From an uncultured Aliarcobacter sp. (GTDB lineage Bacteria > Campylobacterota > Campylobacteria > Campylobacterales > Arcobacteraceae): a DNA stretch of 64,000 bases. The first letter of the stretch is position 1, and each line of letters starts with the position of its first letter. The position numbers and the translations under genes are program-made. Below, in pieces: positions 41,706 through 51,194 of the stretch. Below the pieces are notes generated by a model. The model was not told where the DNA came from. It did no database searches and saw nothing but the letters and a program-made list of their open reading frames with translations. The stretch lies in assembly GCA_963677435.1 (NCBI GenBank), contig OY781945.1:2272001-2336000 (forward strand), read 5' to 3'.

Positions 41706-42530
41706 ATGAAAATAGATAATAATTTTATCCAATTAATTTCCCATAAAGATACTCTAAATAAAGAACAACTTAAAATCTTAGGTTTAGAATATCCAGCAGA
41801 TGATAACTGGAAAAATCAAGCCTTAGAAAAAGAAGTATCAAAAAATGATGCAAATATACTTATGCTTTTAAAAGGTGATTTATCACTAAAAGCACAAGAG
41901 CAAATAATAAAAAATTATCACATGGTTTTAGAATTTAATAATATAAAACCTAAATCTGTTTATGAAATACCTGAAGTTAAAAAAGAAGAAGTTTCAAAAG
42001 AGCAAATAAATAATGATGAAGAATTTATCAAAATCTATTGTGATGGAGCATGTTCAGGAAATCCAGGAAATGCTGGAAGTGGACTTGCAATTTATTCAAA
42101 TAAAAAGAATCCTGTTTTACTTTATGGCGCTTACGAAGAAGAAGGAACAAACAATATAGCTGAGTTAAATGCTTTACATCAAGCTTTATTAATTGCTAGA
42201 CAAACAAATAGTGAAAATACTATCTCTATTTTTTCAGATTCAAAGTATGCAATTGATTGTATTACAGTTTGGGCATATGGTTGGAAAAAAAATGGCTGGA
42301 GTAAAAAAGGTGGAGAGATTAAAAATCTTGAATTAATAAAAGAAGCTCATCAATTATATGAAAAATTAAAAACAAAAATTGAAATAAATCATGTAAAAGG
42401 TCACGCAGGAGTTGAGGGGAATGAACTAGCTGATAGAATGGCTGTTTATACAATAAAAGCAAAAAATAAGAATTTTGAATTTTATTCTTACAATAAAATA
42501 GATGAAGTTTTAGGCATGAAATCTTATTAA
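41706..42530 (+). CDS. rnhA: ribonuclease HI with ~105-aa N-terminal extension
   Basis: IYCDGACSGNPG, TNNIAEL, SDSKY, HVKGHAG.EGNELAD. Confidence 0.9.
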   Translation: MKIDNNFIQLISHKDTLNKEQLKILGLEYPADDNWKNQALEKEVSKNDANILMLLKGDLSLKAQEQIIKNYHMVLEFNNIKPKSVYEIPEVKKEEVSKEQINNDEEFIKIYCDGACSGNPGNAGSGLAIYSNKKNPVLLYGAYEEEGTNNIAELNALHQALLIARQTNSENTISIFSDSKYAIDCITVWAYGWKKNGWSKKGGEIKNLELIKEAHQLYEKLKTKIEINHVKGHAGVEGNELADRMAVYTIKAKNKNFEFYSYNKIDEVLGMKSY

Positions 42531-42595
42531 AGATATATTTGATAGCCTTTTAGGTATTATATGCGTAATTATTAAGAAAAGAACAAGGAACAATA

Positions 42596-43564
42596 ATGAT
42601 TGAAAAAAAAGGTTCAATGCTAACAGTTAGAGAAGATATAAAAGTTTTCGATTGTACAATAAGAGATGGTGGATTAGTGAATAACTACCATTTTAGTGAT
42701 GCTTTTGTAAAAGCACATTATGATGCTTGTTTAGCTGCTGGTGTTGATTATATGGAAATTGGGAAAAATGTATCTCCTACTATTATGAGTGAAAATGAAT
42801 ATGGTCCTTGGAATTTCTGTAAAGAAGAAGATATTAGAAGAATTGTTGGTGATAATAGTACAAATATGAAAATTGCTGTTATGGCTGATATTGGAAGATC
42901 TTTAAAAGAAGAACTTAGACCAAAATCTGAAAGTGTTGTTGATATGATTAGAATTGCAACATATATTCATCAACTTCCAGCTGCAATTGAGCTAATTGAA
43001 GATGCTCATGCAAAAGGTTATGAAACAACTGTAAATATTATGGCTATTTCAAAATCATTTGATGATGAATTAGATGAAGTTTTAGCACAACTTGCTAAAA
43101 CACCTGTTGATGTTATTTATATAGCTGATAGTTATGGTTCTTTTTATCCTGAACAAATCAAAAAATTAACTGAAAAATATTTAAAAGTAGCTGTTGATTC
43201 TGGAAAACAAATAGGAATTCATGCCCACAATAATATTCAATTAGCTTATGCTAATACTTTAGAATCAATGATTTATGGAGCTAGTTTTCTTGATGTTACA
43301 ATTTCAGGATTAGGAAGAGGTGCAGGAAATTGCCCACTTGAATTATTAATTGGATTCTTAAAAAATCCAAAATATAAATTAATGCCTGTATTAAAATTTA
43401 TTGAAGAGTTTATAGTTCCACTTGAAAAAGAGTTAGATTGGGGATATAGTATTCCATATATGCTAACTGGTCAACTAAATGAACATCCAAGAGCTGCTAT
43501 GAAAGCTAGGGATGAAAAAGATACAAAATATAGAGAGTTTTACAGAAACTTACTTGCAGAATAA
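42596..43564 (+). CDS. DRE-TIM metallolyase (4-hydroxy-2-oxovalerate aldolase/HMGL-like catalytic domain)
   Basis: DCTIRDGG, YIADSYG, GIHAHNN, GLGRGAGN. Confidence 0.8.
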   Translation: MIEKKGSMLTVREDIKVFDCTIRDGGLVNNYHFSDAFVKAHYDACLAAGVDYMEIGKNVSPTIMSENEYGPWNFCKEEDIRRIVGDNSTNMKIAVMADIGRSLKEELRPKSESVVDMIRIATYIHQLPAAIELIEDAHAKGYETTVNIMAISKSFDDELDEVLAQLAKTPVDVIYIADSYGSFYPEQIKKLTEKYLKVAVDSGKQIGIHAHNNIQLAYANTLESMIYGASFLDVTISGLGRGAGNCPLELLIGFLKNPKYKLMPVLKFIEEFIVPLEKELDWGYSIPYMLTGQLNEHPRAAMKARDEKDTKYREFYRNLLAE

Positions 43565-43579
43565 TTTTTATTCAGCCTA

Positions 43580-43614
43580 AAAAAAAGCTAGCCTATTTTA
43601 GACTAGCTTTTTTT
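43580..43614. terminator. bidirectional terminator between convergent genes
   Basis: A7-GCTAGCCTA-ttt-TAGACTAGC-T7. Confidence 0.7.
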
Positions 43615-44784
43615 ATCACTTATAATTAATACATAATCTTTAAAATAAATTTCTTTACCGTCTTTTATATACAATCTAGGAACTCTTTTATCTATCATAC
43701 AAACAATTTCATAATTAATTGTATTTAATAAATCTGCAACACTATCTATTGAAATTCCATTTGAATCATTTCCTCCAAATAAAATTACTTCATCTCCCAT
43801 TTTAACATCAAGACCTGTTACATCAATAATACATTGATCCATACATATATTCCCAATTACTGGAACAATTGAACCATTAACTAAAACTTTTCCTTTTCCT
43901 GATAACATTCTTGTATATCCATCTGCATAACCAATAGGAAGAGTAGCAACTAGTGAATCTTTATCACATTTATATTTTAAACCATAACTAACTCCACTAC
44001 CAGCAGCAAGTTTTTTTACTTGAGATATTTTTGCTTTTAGACACATAACTTCTTTTAATTTAACAGTTTGATGATTTACCTCTTTTGAAGGGTATAATCC
44101 ATATAACATGATACCAGCTCTAACCATATCAAAATTAAATTCAGGCAAATCTATAATTCCTGCACTATTTGAAACATGTTTTATTGGAATATTTAGACCT
44201 CTTTGTTCTAAACTATTTACAATATATTGATATTTTTTTACTTGTTGTTTTGTATACTCTTTATCAAGTTCATCAGCTGCAGAAAAGTGAGTAAATATAC
44301 CTTCAATAACTAAGCCATTAAGTTTACTCATTTCTAATATTGTTTCTATTGTTTCATCACTAAAAACCATACCTAAACGATTCATTCCACTATCAAGTTT
44401 AATATGTACAACTATTTTTTTATTTAAAAAAAGTGCTGTATTTGAAAACTCTTTTGCTTGCTCTATTGTATAAATTGTTTGAATAATATTATGTTCAATA
44501 ACATCTTTAGCAAGATTTTCAGGTGTATATCCTAATATCATAGTTTCAATATTTGGAAAAGAAGTTTTCAATTGTATTGCTTCTGATAAAGTAGCAACTG
44601 CAAATCTATCTGCACCATTTTCAAGTAATGTCTCAGCAATAGCAACAGCACCATGACCATAACCATCTGCTTTGATAACTGCTGTAATTTTTGAATTTTT
44701 ATTTGTAACTCTTCTTACTTCTCTCATATTGTGAGCTAAATTATCTAAATTAATTTCAGCCCACACTGGTCTTGATAATTTCAC
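43603..44784 (-). CDS. alr: alanine racemase
   Basis: AVIKADGYGHG (PLP Lys), HIKLDSGMNRLG, GVSYG, IGYADG, ICMDQ; GTG start with RBS AGGAG. Confidence 0.95.
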   Translation of the reverse strand: MKLSRPVWAEINLDNLAHNMREVRRVTNKNSKITAVIKADGYGHGAVAIAETLLENGADRFAVATLSEAIQLKTSFPNIETMILGYTPENLAKDVIEHNIIQTIYTIEQAKEFSNTALFLNKKIVVHIKLDSGMNRLGMVFSDETIETILEMSKLNGLVIEGIFTHFSAADELDKEYTKQQVKKYQYIVNSLEQRGLNIPIKHVSNSAGIIDLPEFNFDMVRAGIMLYGLYPSKEVNHQTVKLKEVMCLKAKISQVKKLAAGSGVSYGLKYKCDKDSLVATLPIGYADGYTRMLSGKGKVLVNGSIVPVIGNICMDQCIIDVTGLDVKMGDEVILFGGNDSNGISIDSVADLLNTINYEIVCMIDKRVPRLYIKDGKEIYFKDYVLIISDKKS

Positions 44785-44878
44785 TTATATTCTCCTATTA
44801 TCAGATAATAAATTATTATTCTTATAGAAGTAATAAAAAGAACACTACTAACTTTTTATTACTTTTATAAAAATATGA

Positions 44879-44912
44879 TAAATCATAAGGAAGAGTTACT
44901 TCCTATGATTTA
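44879..44912 (-). terminator. hairpin downstream of the AGCS symporter gene
   Basis: TAAATCATA(A)GGAAG-agtta-CTTCCTATGATTTA. Confidence 0.6.
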
Positions 44913-46250
44913 TTAAATTTTAGCTAAAGGGTCATGAAAATATTTATTTGTTTCTTCAACAATTACTTTAGATAACAATAATAATGCTATTAAGTTTGGA
45001 ATTGCCATTAATCCATTTGCTAAATCAGAGAAATTCCATACCATTTTTAATTCTGTTACTGAACCTACCATAACAAATACTAAAAACAGTACTCTATATA
45101 TTTTTACTGATTTTTCACCAAATGCATATTCAAATCCTTTTTCACCAAAGTATGACCATCCAAGAAGAGTTGAGTAAGCAAAAAATACTGTTGTTATAAA
45201 CACAATAATTATTCCTGTATCACCTAAGAAATATTCGAAACTTTTTAATGTTAACAATCCAGCACTTCCACCTTCTAACCAAACAGGTGCCATTAAAATA
45301 ATAGTTGCTGTCATTGTACAGATAATTAATGTATCAATAAGTGTTTGTAACATTGAAACTAAGGCTTGTTTTACTGGTTCGCTAGTTTGCGCTGCAGCTG
45401 CAACAATTGCACTTGAACCTAAACCTGCTTCATTAGAAAATAATCCTCTTGAAACACCCATTCTAATTGCTGCTGCCACTGCTGCTCCGGCAAATCCACC
45501 AGCTGCTGCAAAAGGTGCAAAAGCATGACTAAAAATTAATCCGAATGCATCTGGTACTCTATCAAAATTAGTGAAAATAATAAAAAGAGCAGTACAAATA
45601 TATAATAATACCATTACTGGTGAAAAGTATGAAGTAAATTTACCCATTGATTTGATACCACCAAGGATAACTGCACCTGTAAGTACAACTAAAATAAGCC
45701 CTGTAATCCAAGTAGGAATATTAGCTTGATCTAATAGTACGCTAGAAACCGCATTTGCTTGTGTCATATTTCCTGTTCCAAAAGATGCAATTATTGTAAA
45801 AATTGCAAATGCCATACCAAGTTTTGGCATATCCAATCCCTTACTAATGTAATACATTGCTCCACCTTTGTATCCATTAATTCCCTCTTCTCTGTACTTT
45901 ACTGCTAAAATTGCTTCAGAATATTTTGTTGCCATTCCTACTAAACCAGTAATCCACATCCAAAATATTGCTCCTGGACCTCCAAGTGCTATTGCTGTTG
46001 CAACACCCACAATATTTCCAATTCCTACAGTTGCTCCAAGTGATAGCATTAATGCAGAAAACTGAGAGATGTCACCTTTTGCATCTTCATCTTTTGTAAA
46101 AAGAATTTTTATTGCATGAAATAAACCTCTTAATTGTACTCCTCTTAACTTTATAGTCAGAAATAATCCTGTTCCAACTAACAAAACAAGCATAGGTGGT
46201 CCCCATACAAATGATGATAACGAACTAATAAAACTATTAATTGCCTCCAT
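44913..46250 (-). CDS. alanine/glycine:cation symporter (AGCS family)
   Basis: GATVGIGNI, GGPGAIFWMW, RGLFSNEAGLGS, DTLIICTMT, MAIPNLI. Confidence 0.93.
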   Translation of the reverse strand: MEAINSFISSLSSFVWGPPMLVLLVGTGLFLTIKLRGVQLRGLFHAIKILFTKDEDAKGDISQFSALMLSLGATVGIGNIVGVATAIALGGPGAIFWMWITGLVGMATKYSEAILAVKYREEGINGYKGGAMYYISKGLDMPKLGMAFAIFTIIASFGTGNMTQANAVSSVLLDQANIPTWITGLILVVLTGAVILGGIKSMGKFTSYFSPVMVLLYICTALFIIFTNFDRVPDAFGLIFSHAFAPFAAAGGFAGAAVAAAIRMGVSRGLFSNEAGLGSSAIVAAAAQTSEPVKQALVSMLQTLIDTLIICTMTATIILMAPVWLEGGSAGLLTLKSFEYFLGDTGIIIVFITTVFFAYSTLLGWSYFGEKGFEYAFGEKSVKIYRVLFLVFVMVGSVTELKMVWNFSDLANGLMAIPNLIALLLLSKVIVEETNKYFHDPLAKI

Positions 46251-46366
46251 ATCTTTTCTCTCCTTAGATATTTAAAATAAAATAAACTATTAAAAGTTTA
46301 TTACATAGCTAACTAAACAATTGTTTAATTACAATATTCATCCAATGATTAATATAATAATTAAAC

Positions 46367-46397
46367 ATTAAATGAAGAGATTATCTCTTCATTTAAT
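46367..46397 (-). terminator. hairpin downstream of dadA
   Basis: ATTAAATGAAGAGA-tta-TCTCTTCATTTAAT. Confidence 0.65.
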
Positions 46398-46398
46398 A

Positions 46399-47637
46399 CT
46401 ATCCTTGAAAGAAAGCTGAAAATAATAGAACATCAGCATTGGTTTCATTTTTCTTATCAATTGTTATTACATCACCTATTATTTTCCCAATTGCAGGAGC
46501 AAATGTAATTCCAAGCCATCCAAGTCCAGTAGCGTGTACTAAATTATTATAGTTTTCATCATATCCAAGAATTGGAATATCATTTGGAGTAAGTGGTCTA
46601 AATCCTGTCCATTCAATTTGCTCTCTCATTTCAAAAGCATTTGTGTACATACCTAAATTTTTATGGATACTATCAATTTGTTTTCTTACAACATCAGGAT
46701 TTGTAGTACCTAGTTCTAGTTTTGAAGTCATTCTAACTGTATTTCTTCTTGGAGTCATTGCAATGAATAAATCAGCGAATAGTGAAGAAGTTTTTGGTTT
46801 TAAAGCATCATCCATTTTAAATGTAATACTATAACCCTTTGCAGGAGTCATCATAAATTTGTTTTTTGCTTGTTTTGCTAAAGTATCATCAGCACCAGTT
46901 GATAAAACAAATGTTTCAGCTTCATATGAACCTTTTGAAGTATGAATTTTACTAACTTTTGAGCCTTGGAATTCTAATCTATCTACTTTTTCATTTAGTA
47001 AAAATTCAACACCTTTAGATTCTAAATATTTTTTTAGCTCTACCATAAATTCACCTGGATCAATATGCCCATTTTCTTTTAATAAAATAGAACCAATAAC
47101 CTTATCATTTAGTATTGGCATATACTCTTTTGTTCTCTCTTTTGAAAGAATTTCATAAGCATGTGGATCTTCACAATGAGCAGCCTTTGCATCAAAAGTT
47201 TTTTGCTCTGTATAAATCATTAAAAGACCATCTTTACAAAAATGAAAATCCATTCCATCATCTTTTACCATAGATTCATACATATCTAAACTTACTTGTC
47301 CATATCTTTCAAATAAAGCTAGTGTTCTTTTTAATCTAGCTTGATTTGAACTTGCTGCGAATTTTAAAAGCCATTTGTATAAATGTAAATCAAATGTTGG
47401 ATGAACACTAGCTGGTGATTCACCTTTTAACATCAGTTTTATAGTATCTGGAATCGCTCCTGGTGCACTAAGGGGAGCTTTTTTAAAAGCAGATAATAAT
47501 CCTGCATTACCAAAAGATGTTCCATTTGTAATATCATTTTTATCAATTACAGTTACAGATCTTCCACTCTTTTGTAAACAATATGCTGACATAAGTCCAA
47601 TACATCCAGCACCAACAACAATAACATCTTTTTTCAT
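46399..47637 (-). CDS. dadA: D-amino acid dehydrogenase (FAD-dependent)
   Basis: VVGAGCIG, TSFGNAG, PAKGYS, WTGFRPLTP, ATG...LGIT. Confidence 0.88.
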   Translation of the reverse strand: MKKDVIVVGAGCIGLMSAYCLQKSGRSVTVIDKNDITNGTSFGNAGLLSAFKKAPLSAPGAIPDTIKLMLKGESPASVHPTFDLHLYKWLLKFAASSNQARLKRTLALFERYGQVSLDMYESMVKDDGMDFHFCKDGLLMIYTEQKTFDAKAAHCEDPHAYEILSKERTKEYMPILNDKVIGSILLKENGHIDPGEFMVELKKYLESKGVEFLLNEKVDRLEFQGSKVSKIHTSKGSYEAETFVLSTGADDTLAKQAKNKFMMTPAKGYSITFKMDDALKPKTSSLFADLFIAMTPRRNTVRMTSKLELGTTNPDVVRKQIDSIHKNLGMYTNAFEMREQIEWTGFRPLTPNDIPILGYDENYNNLVHATGLGWLGITFAPAIGKIIGDVITIDKKNETNADVLLFSAFFQG

Positions 47638-47669
47638 TTTATTTCTCCATTAATATTTTGAATAACTTT

Positions 47670-48044
47670 TTATCTTTTTGCAATTGCTTCGATTTCAATC
47701 AAAGCGTCTTTTGGTAATCTTGATACTTCATATGTAGCCCGAGCTGGATATGGTGCGCTGAAAAATTGTCCATAAATTTCATTTACTACTGCAAAATCTT
47801 CAATATTTTTTAATAAAATAGTAGTTTTTGAAATATCTTTCATTCCCAATCCAGCCTCTTCTAAAATATATTTAATATTTTGTAAAGATTGTTTTGCTTG
47901 AGAAGCTATATCTTCTCCTGCAAATGCACCTGTAGTTTCATCAATTGGTAATTGCCCAGATACAAATATGAATCCATCTTTATCTACAGCTTGTGAATAT
48001 GGTCCAATTGCACTTGGTGCTTTAGTTGAGTTAATAGCTTTCAT
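47670..48044 (-). CDS. ridA: RidA reactive-intermediate (imine) deaminase
   Basis: [36 protein letters not shown]. Confidence 0.92.
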   Translation of the reverse strand: MKAINSTKAPSAIGPYSQAVDKDGFIFVSGQLPIDETTGAFAGEDIASQAKQSLQNIKYILEEAGLGMKDISKTTILLKNIEDFAVVNEIYGQFFSAPYPARATYEVSRLPKDALIEIEAIAKR

Positions 48045-48057
48045 TTAAATCCTTTAA

Positions 48058-48159
48058 TGATAATTTTTTTTCATTAAAAGTAGTATATAATAAAATTTTA
48101 TCAATGTAAATAGTTTTTATCACAAATTAATAAATTATTATTACAATAAAAATTTATTA
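48058..48159. promoter_or_regulatory. array of five imperfect TGATAA-N4-TTATCA operator-like sites
   Basis: Copies at 48058-48073, 48088-48103, 48107-48122, 48128-48143 and 48144-48159. Confidence 0.6.
48082..48110 (-). promoter_or_regulatory. sigma70 promoter for ridA-dadA
   Basis: TTTACA-N17-TATACT on the minus strand. Confidence 0.65.
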
Positions 48160-48166
48160 TTAGTAG

Positions 48167-48195
48167 TTGACAATTTAATCTTATTTCCTTATAAT
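48167..48195 (+). promoter_or_regulatory. consensus sigma70 promoter for the YheO-type regulator
   Basis: TTGACA-N17-TATAAT. Confidence 0.75.
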
Positions 48196-48224
48196 AAAAA
48201 CAATTAAGCTATTAAGGATATTTT

Positions 48225-48872
48225 TTGAATCAATATATTAACAAATTTATTTCTATTGCTGACTTTTTAGGTGAAGTATTAGGAAGTAACACAGAAATTT
48301 TAATACACGATTTAACAGACTACAAAAAATCTATTGTTTACATAATAAATGGTCATATTAGCAATAGAAAAATTGGTGATCCAATTACTGACTTAGTTTT
48401 AGAATTCATGGCAACAGAATCTAAAGGAAACAAACAGTTTATAGCTAAATATAATTCAAAAACAATAGAAGGAAGACTTTTATACTCTTCTACATACTTT
48501 ATTAGAGATAATTCAAATAAAATAGTTGGAGCTTTGTGTTTAAACTCAGATTATCATGAAGTTAAAAAATCATTATCATTTTTGACTTCTCTTCTTCCAA
48601 ATTATGTTGATGATAAGATTTTATCAATTAACAATATAAAAGAAAATCTAAATTCTGACCCTCAAGAATTAACACTTAATAAAATTGATGCCATCATAAA
48701 TGAATTTGATATAGTACCAAATAGAATGACGACAGAAGAAAAAACTGATGTAATTGCTGCGTTAAATGATTGTGGTATCTTTAATATAAGAGGTTCGGTT
48801 CAAGAAGTTGCAAATAAACTACAAATGTCTGAACCCTCAATATATAGATACATTAAAAAAATCAAGAATTAA
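48225..48872 (+). CDS. YheO/DauR-like PAS-HTH transcriptional regulator
   Basis: EILIHDL, NGHISNRKIGDP, SSTYFI, GALCLN, GIFNIRGS..EVA..L.MS..SIYRY; TTG start. Confidence 0.88.
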   Translation: MNQYINKFISIADFLGEVLGSNTEILIHDLTDYKKSIVYIINGHISNRKIGDPITDLVLEFMATESKGNKQFIAKYNSKTIEGRLLYSSTYFIRDNSNKIVGALCLNSDYHEVKKSLSFLTSLLPNYVDDKILSINNIKENLNSDPQELTLNKIDAIINEFDIVPNRMTTEEKTDVIAALNDCGIFNIRGSVQEVANKLQMSEPSIYRYIKKIKN

Positions 48873-48963
48873 TTCTAATTATTGCTAAAAAAAGCTTGTA
48901 AAATTCAAACAGTTTTTCTTATCAACTTAAGTGAAATAGATTCTCTGAGATTCTTTTATATTT

Positions 48964-50244
48964 TTATTTTTGAAGATCTTTTATCTCAAAAGCACTCTTA
49001 ACAATATCAATTCCATATTTACTTCTTAGTTTTTGCATCTGGTTTGTTAAGGCTCTCTTTTTTAGGTCTGTTTCATACTCAAAAAGATTATAGGTGTATT
49101 CATTTACTTTGGCGAAGTTTAAAACGGTGATATTTAGTTGTATTACTCCATGGGTTTTATGGTTATCTGTTTCTTCAAAGAGTTTTACCATTTCAGTTTT
49201 AAAATCCATTTCATTAAAAATCCTGTTTACATTTATATAATCTTTTGATTTACTTCTATATTCATATCTTATTTGTATGGCGTAAGTTAGGGGATTTACA
49301 TTTGCTTTTTTTACTAAAAAACACAAATATCGGCAAAGAATCATTACTCTTCTTTTTAGTTCCTCTCTATCAAAAATAACATCAAAACTTCGCCCTATTC
49401 CTATTGATTTTTTTTCTCTTTCGAAAGTTAGTTTATTATCTCGTATTCCACAAACACGATTGTATAAATCAATTCCTGGCTTTTGCCATGAATAAAAAAG
49501 CTTTTGATTTTTTTTAATATCTCCTAGGGTTTTTATTCCATAACCTTTGAGTTTTTCTTGGAAAGCTTTTCCTATTCCTGGGAACTCTTTTATAGGAATA
49601 TCTCTTGTGAAATTTGCTATATTATCAACACTTACATACTTTACACCATCAGGTTTTGCATATTCTGTTATTAGTTTTGAGAGATATTTTGTGTTTGCAA
49701 TTCCTATTGAAATGGGCAATTTTAATTCATCAAATATCTTTTTTTTCAAATAATATGCAAAAGGAACTATCTCATGCTCATCAATGTAACCTGAAACATC
49801 TCCAAAAAACTCATCTATTGAATACTGCTCAACCAAAGGAATCTCTTTTATCAAAAGCTCTTTTAATTTATTTGATAAATCATGATACAAAGGATAGTTT
49901 GGTGGAAGCATTTTTAAGTGTGGGCATAAAGTCAAAGCTTCATTTACACTCATGGCAGTTTTTACTCCAAAGGCTCTGGCTTCATAAGATGATGTTGTTA
50001 TTATTCCTCTTATTTTTCCATTTTCATCTACAAAATACTCTTTGAAACTTTTCATTCCCTCATTTGTAAGAATGGAACTCACAAATGCTCCACTGTTTGT
50101 TGAGATTTTTCTAATCTCTTTTTTTGAAGAAAAAATATTAAGATTACTTCTTCCTCCAACCGCAACTGGAATATGAAATAAACTATCATCGATAGTTCTA
50201 TGAGCAGAAACAAAAAAACAATCAAGGTCTAGGTGTAGAAACAT
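48964..50244 (-). CDS. dinB: DNA polymerase IV (Y family)
   Basis: HLDLDCFF, SYEARAFGV, YSIDE, SIGIA..KYLSKL, KPDG, PGIG. Confidence 0.92.
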   Translation of the reverse strand: MFLHLDLDCFFVSAHRTIDDSLFHIPVAVGGRSNLNIFSSKKEIRKISTNSGAFVSSILTNEGMKSFKEYFVDENGKIRGIITTSSYEARAFGVKTAMSVNEALTLCPHLKMLPPNYPLYHDLSNKLKELLIKEIPLVEQYSIDEFFGDVSGYIDEHEIVPFAYYLKKKIFDELKLPISIGIANTKYLSKLITEYAKPDGVKYVSVDNIANFTRDIPIKEFPGIGKAFQEKLKGYGIKTLGDIKKNQKLFYSWQKPGIDLYNRVCGIRDNKLTFEREKKSIGIGRSFDVIFDREELKRRVMILCRYLCFLVKKANVNPLTYAIQIRYEYRSKSKDYINVNRIFNEMDFKTEMVKLFEETDNHKTHGVIQLNITVLNFAKVNEYTYNLFEYETDLKKRALTNQMQKLRSKYGIDIVKSAFEIKDLQK

Positions 50245-50375
50245 TTAAAAACTTTATTTTATAGGATTTTTATAATTGAATTAGGAAGTATACTTTATTA
50301 AAAAAATTTCTATTTATAATATGTCATTTTGTAATATTTTATTTAAAAGCAAGAAATAAACAAGCCTTTTTGGGC

Positions 50376-50618
50376 TTATTTATTTGTGATGTATTGGATA
50401 ATTTGTTTAGGTGCTTCACCAATTTTTACAATATTTGGAGCTTCCACAGCATCTCTTTTATCTCTATTTACACTAAATGTAACCTCATAATCTCCACTAG
50501 GACAAGAGATAATGCTTTTCGCTTCACTTAATTTCAACTCTTTACAACCATCAAAACTATTATTTGAAGCAAAAAGTGTTGAAGTGGCAATCAATAAATA
50601 TAATGTAATTTTTTTCAT
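50376..50618 (-). CDS. small exported hypothetical protein
   Basis: Signal peptide MKKITLYLLIATSTLFA, two Cys, RBS AAGGA. Confidence 0.7.
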   Translation of the reverse strand: MKKITLYLLIATSTLFASNNSFDGCKELKLSEAKSIISCPSGDYEVTFSVNRDKRDAVEAPNIVKIGEAPKQIIQYITNK

Positions 50619-50670
50619 CTTTATTCCTTTTTTATTTTATGTAAACAAGATAGCTAAAAAAAGTGAAATT

Positions 50671-51175
50671 TTAGTTTTTTTGTGAATAATTAATCATATC
50701 TTTTATCAAAGAATATATAGGATATTTTGGTTTTAGCAAACTTGCTTTTTGTAGCAATTCATCTTTTGAAAAGTGTTTACAATAATAATCAACGACTCTT
50801 TGTTTTGGATTTTTTAAAATATCTTCCAACTCTTCTTTTGTGGGAATATATTCTTTGTTTTGTATTTTTAGTTTGTAATAATCTATTTGATTTATCGCTT
50901 CTTTTTGATTTAATTCATTTGTTAAATTTTTTTCAACTAGTTGTCTAACTCTATCTTGTCCAAAAAGTTTACAAAGTTTATCACTATTTTGTTGAGTTGC
51001 ACGATTCATGTAAATTGTTATTAAATTTGTAATTTTTATCTTTTGTTTATCTTGGGTAGTCCATAATAAATCACTATCAAGAAGCTTTTTATTTAAAGTG
51101 ATATATCTAGTATTTTCACTATATTTGGGAGTTAATTCTTGTTTTGTTTTATTTATTGTAAGATTATTAAAAAAT
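50671..51175 (-). pseudogene. probable 5'-truncated remnant of a hypothetical gene
   Basis: Long coding-like open frame. The only upstream starts (51216, 51210) lie inside the oppositely oriented dGTPase gene with no RBS. An internal ATG (MNRAT) also has no clear RBS. Confidence 0.45.
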
Positions 51176-51194
51176 AATCTAATTAAGGATAAAA

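Noticed and set aside
50245..50375. SOS/LexA box upstream of dinB (AAGTATACTT palindrome)
   Set aside because: Short AT-rich palindrome coinciding with a probable -10 element; matches no LexA motif I can support
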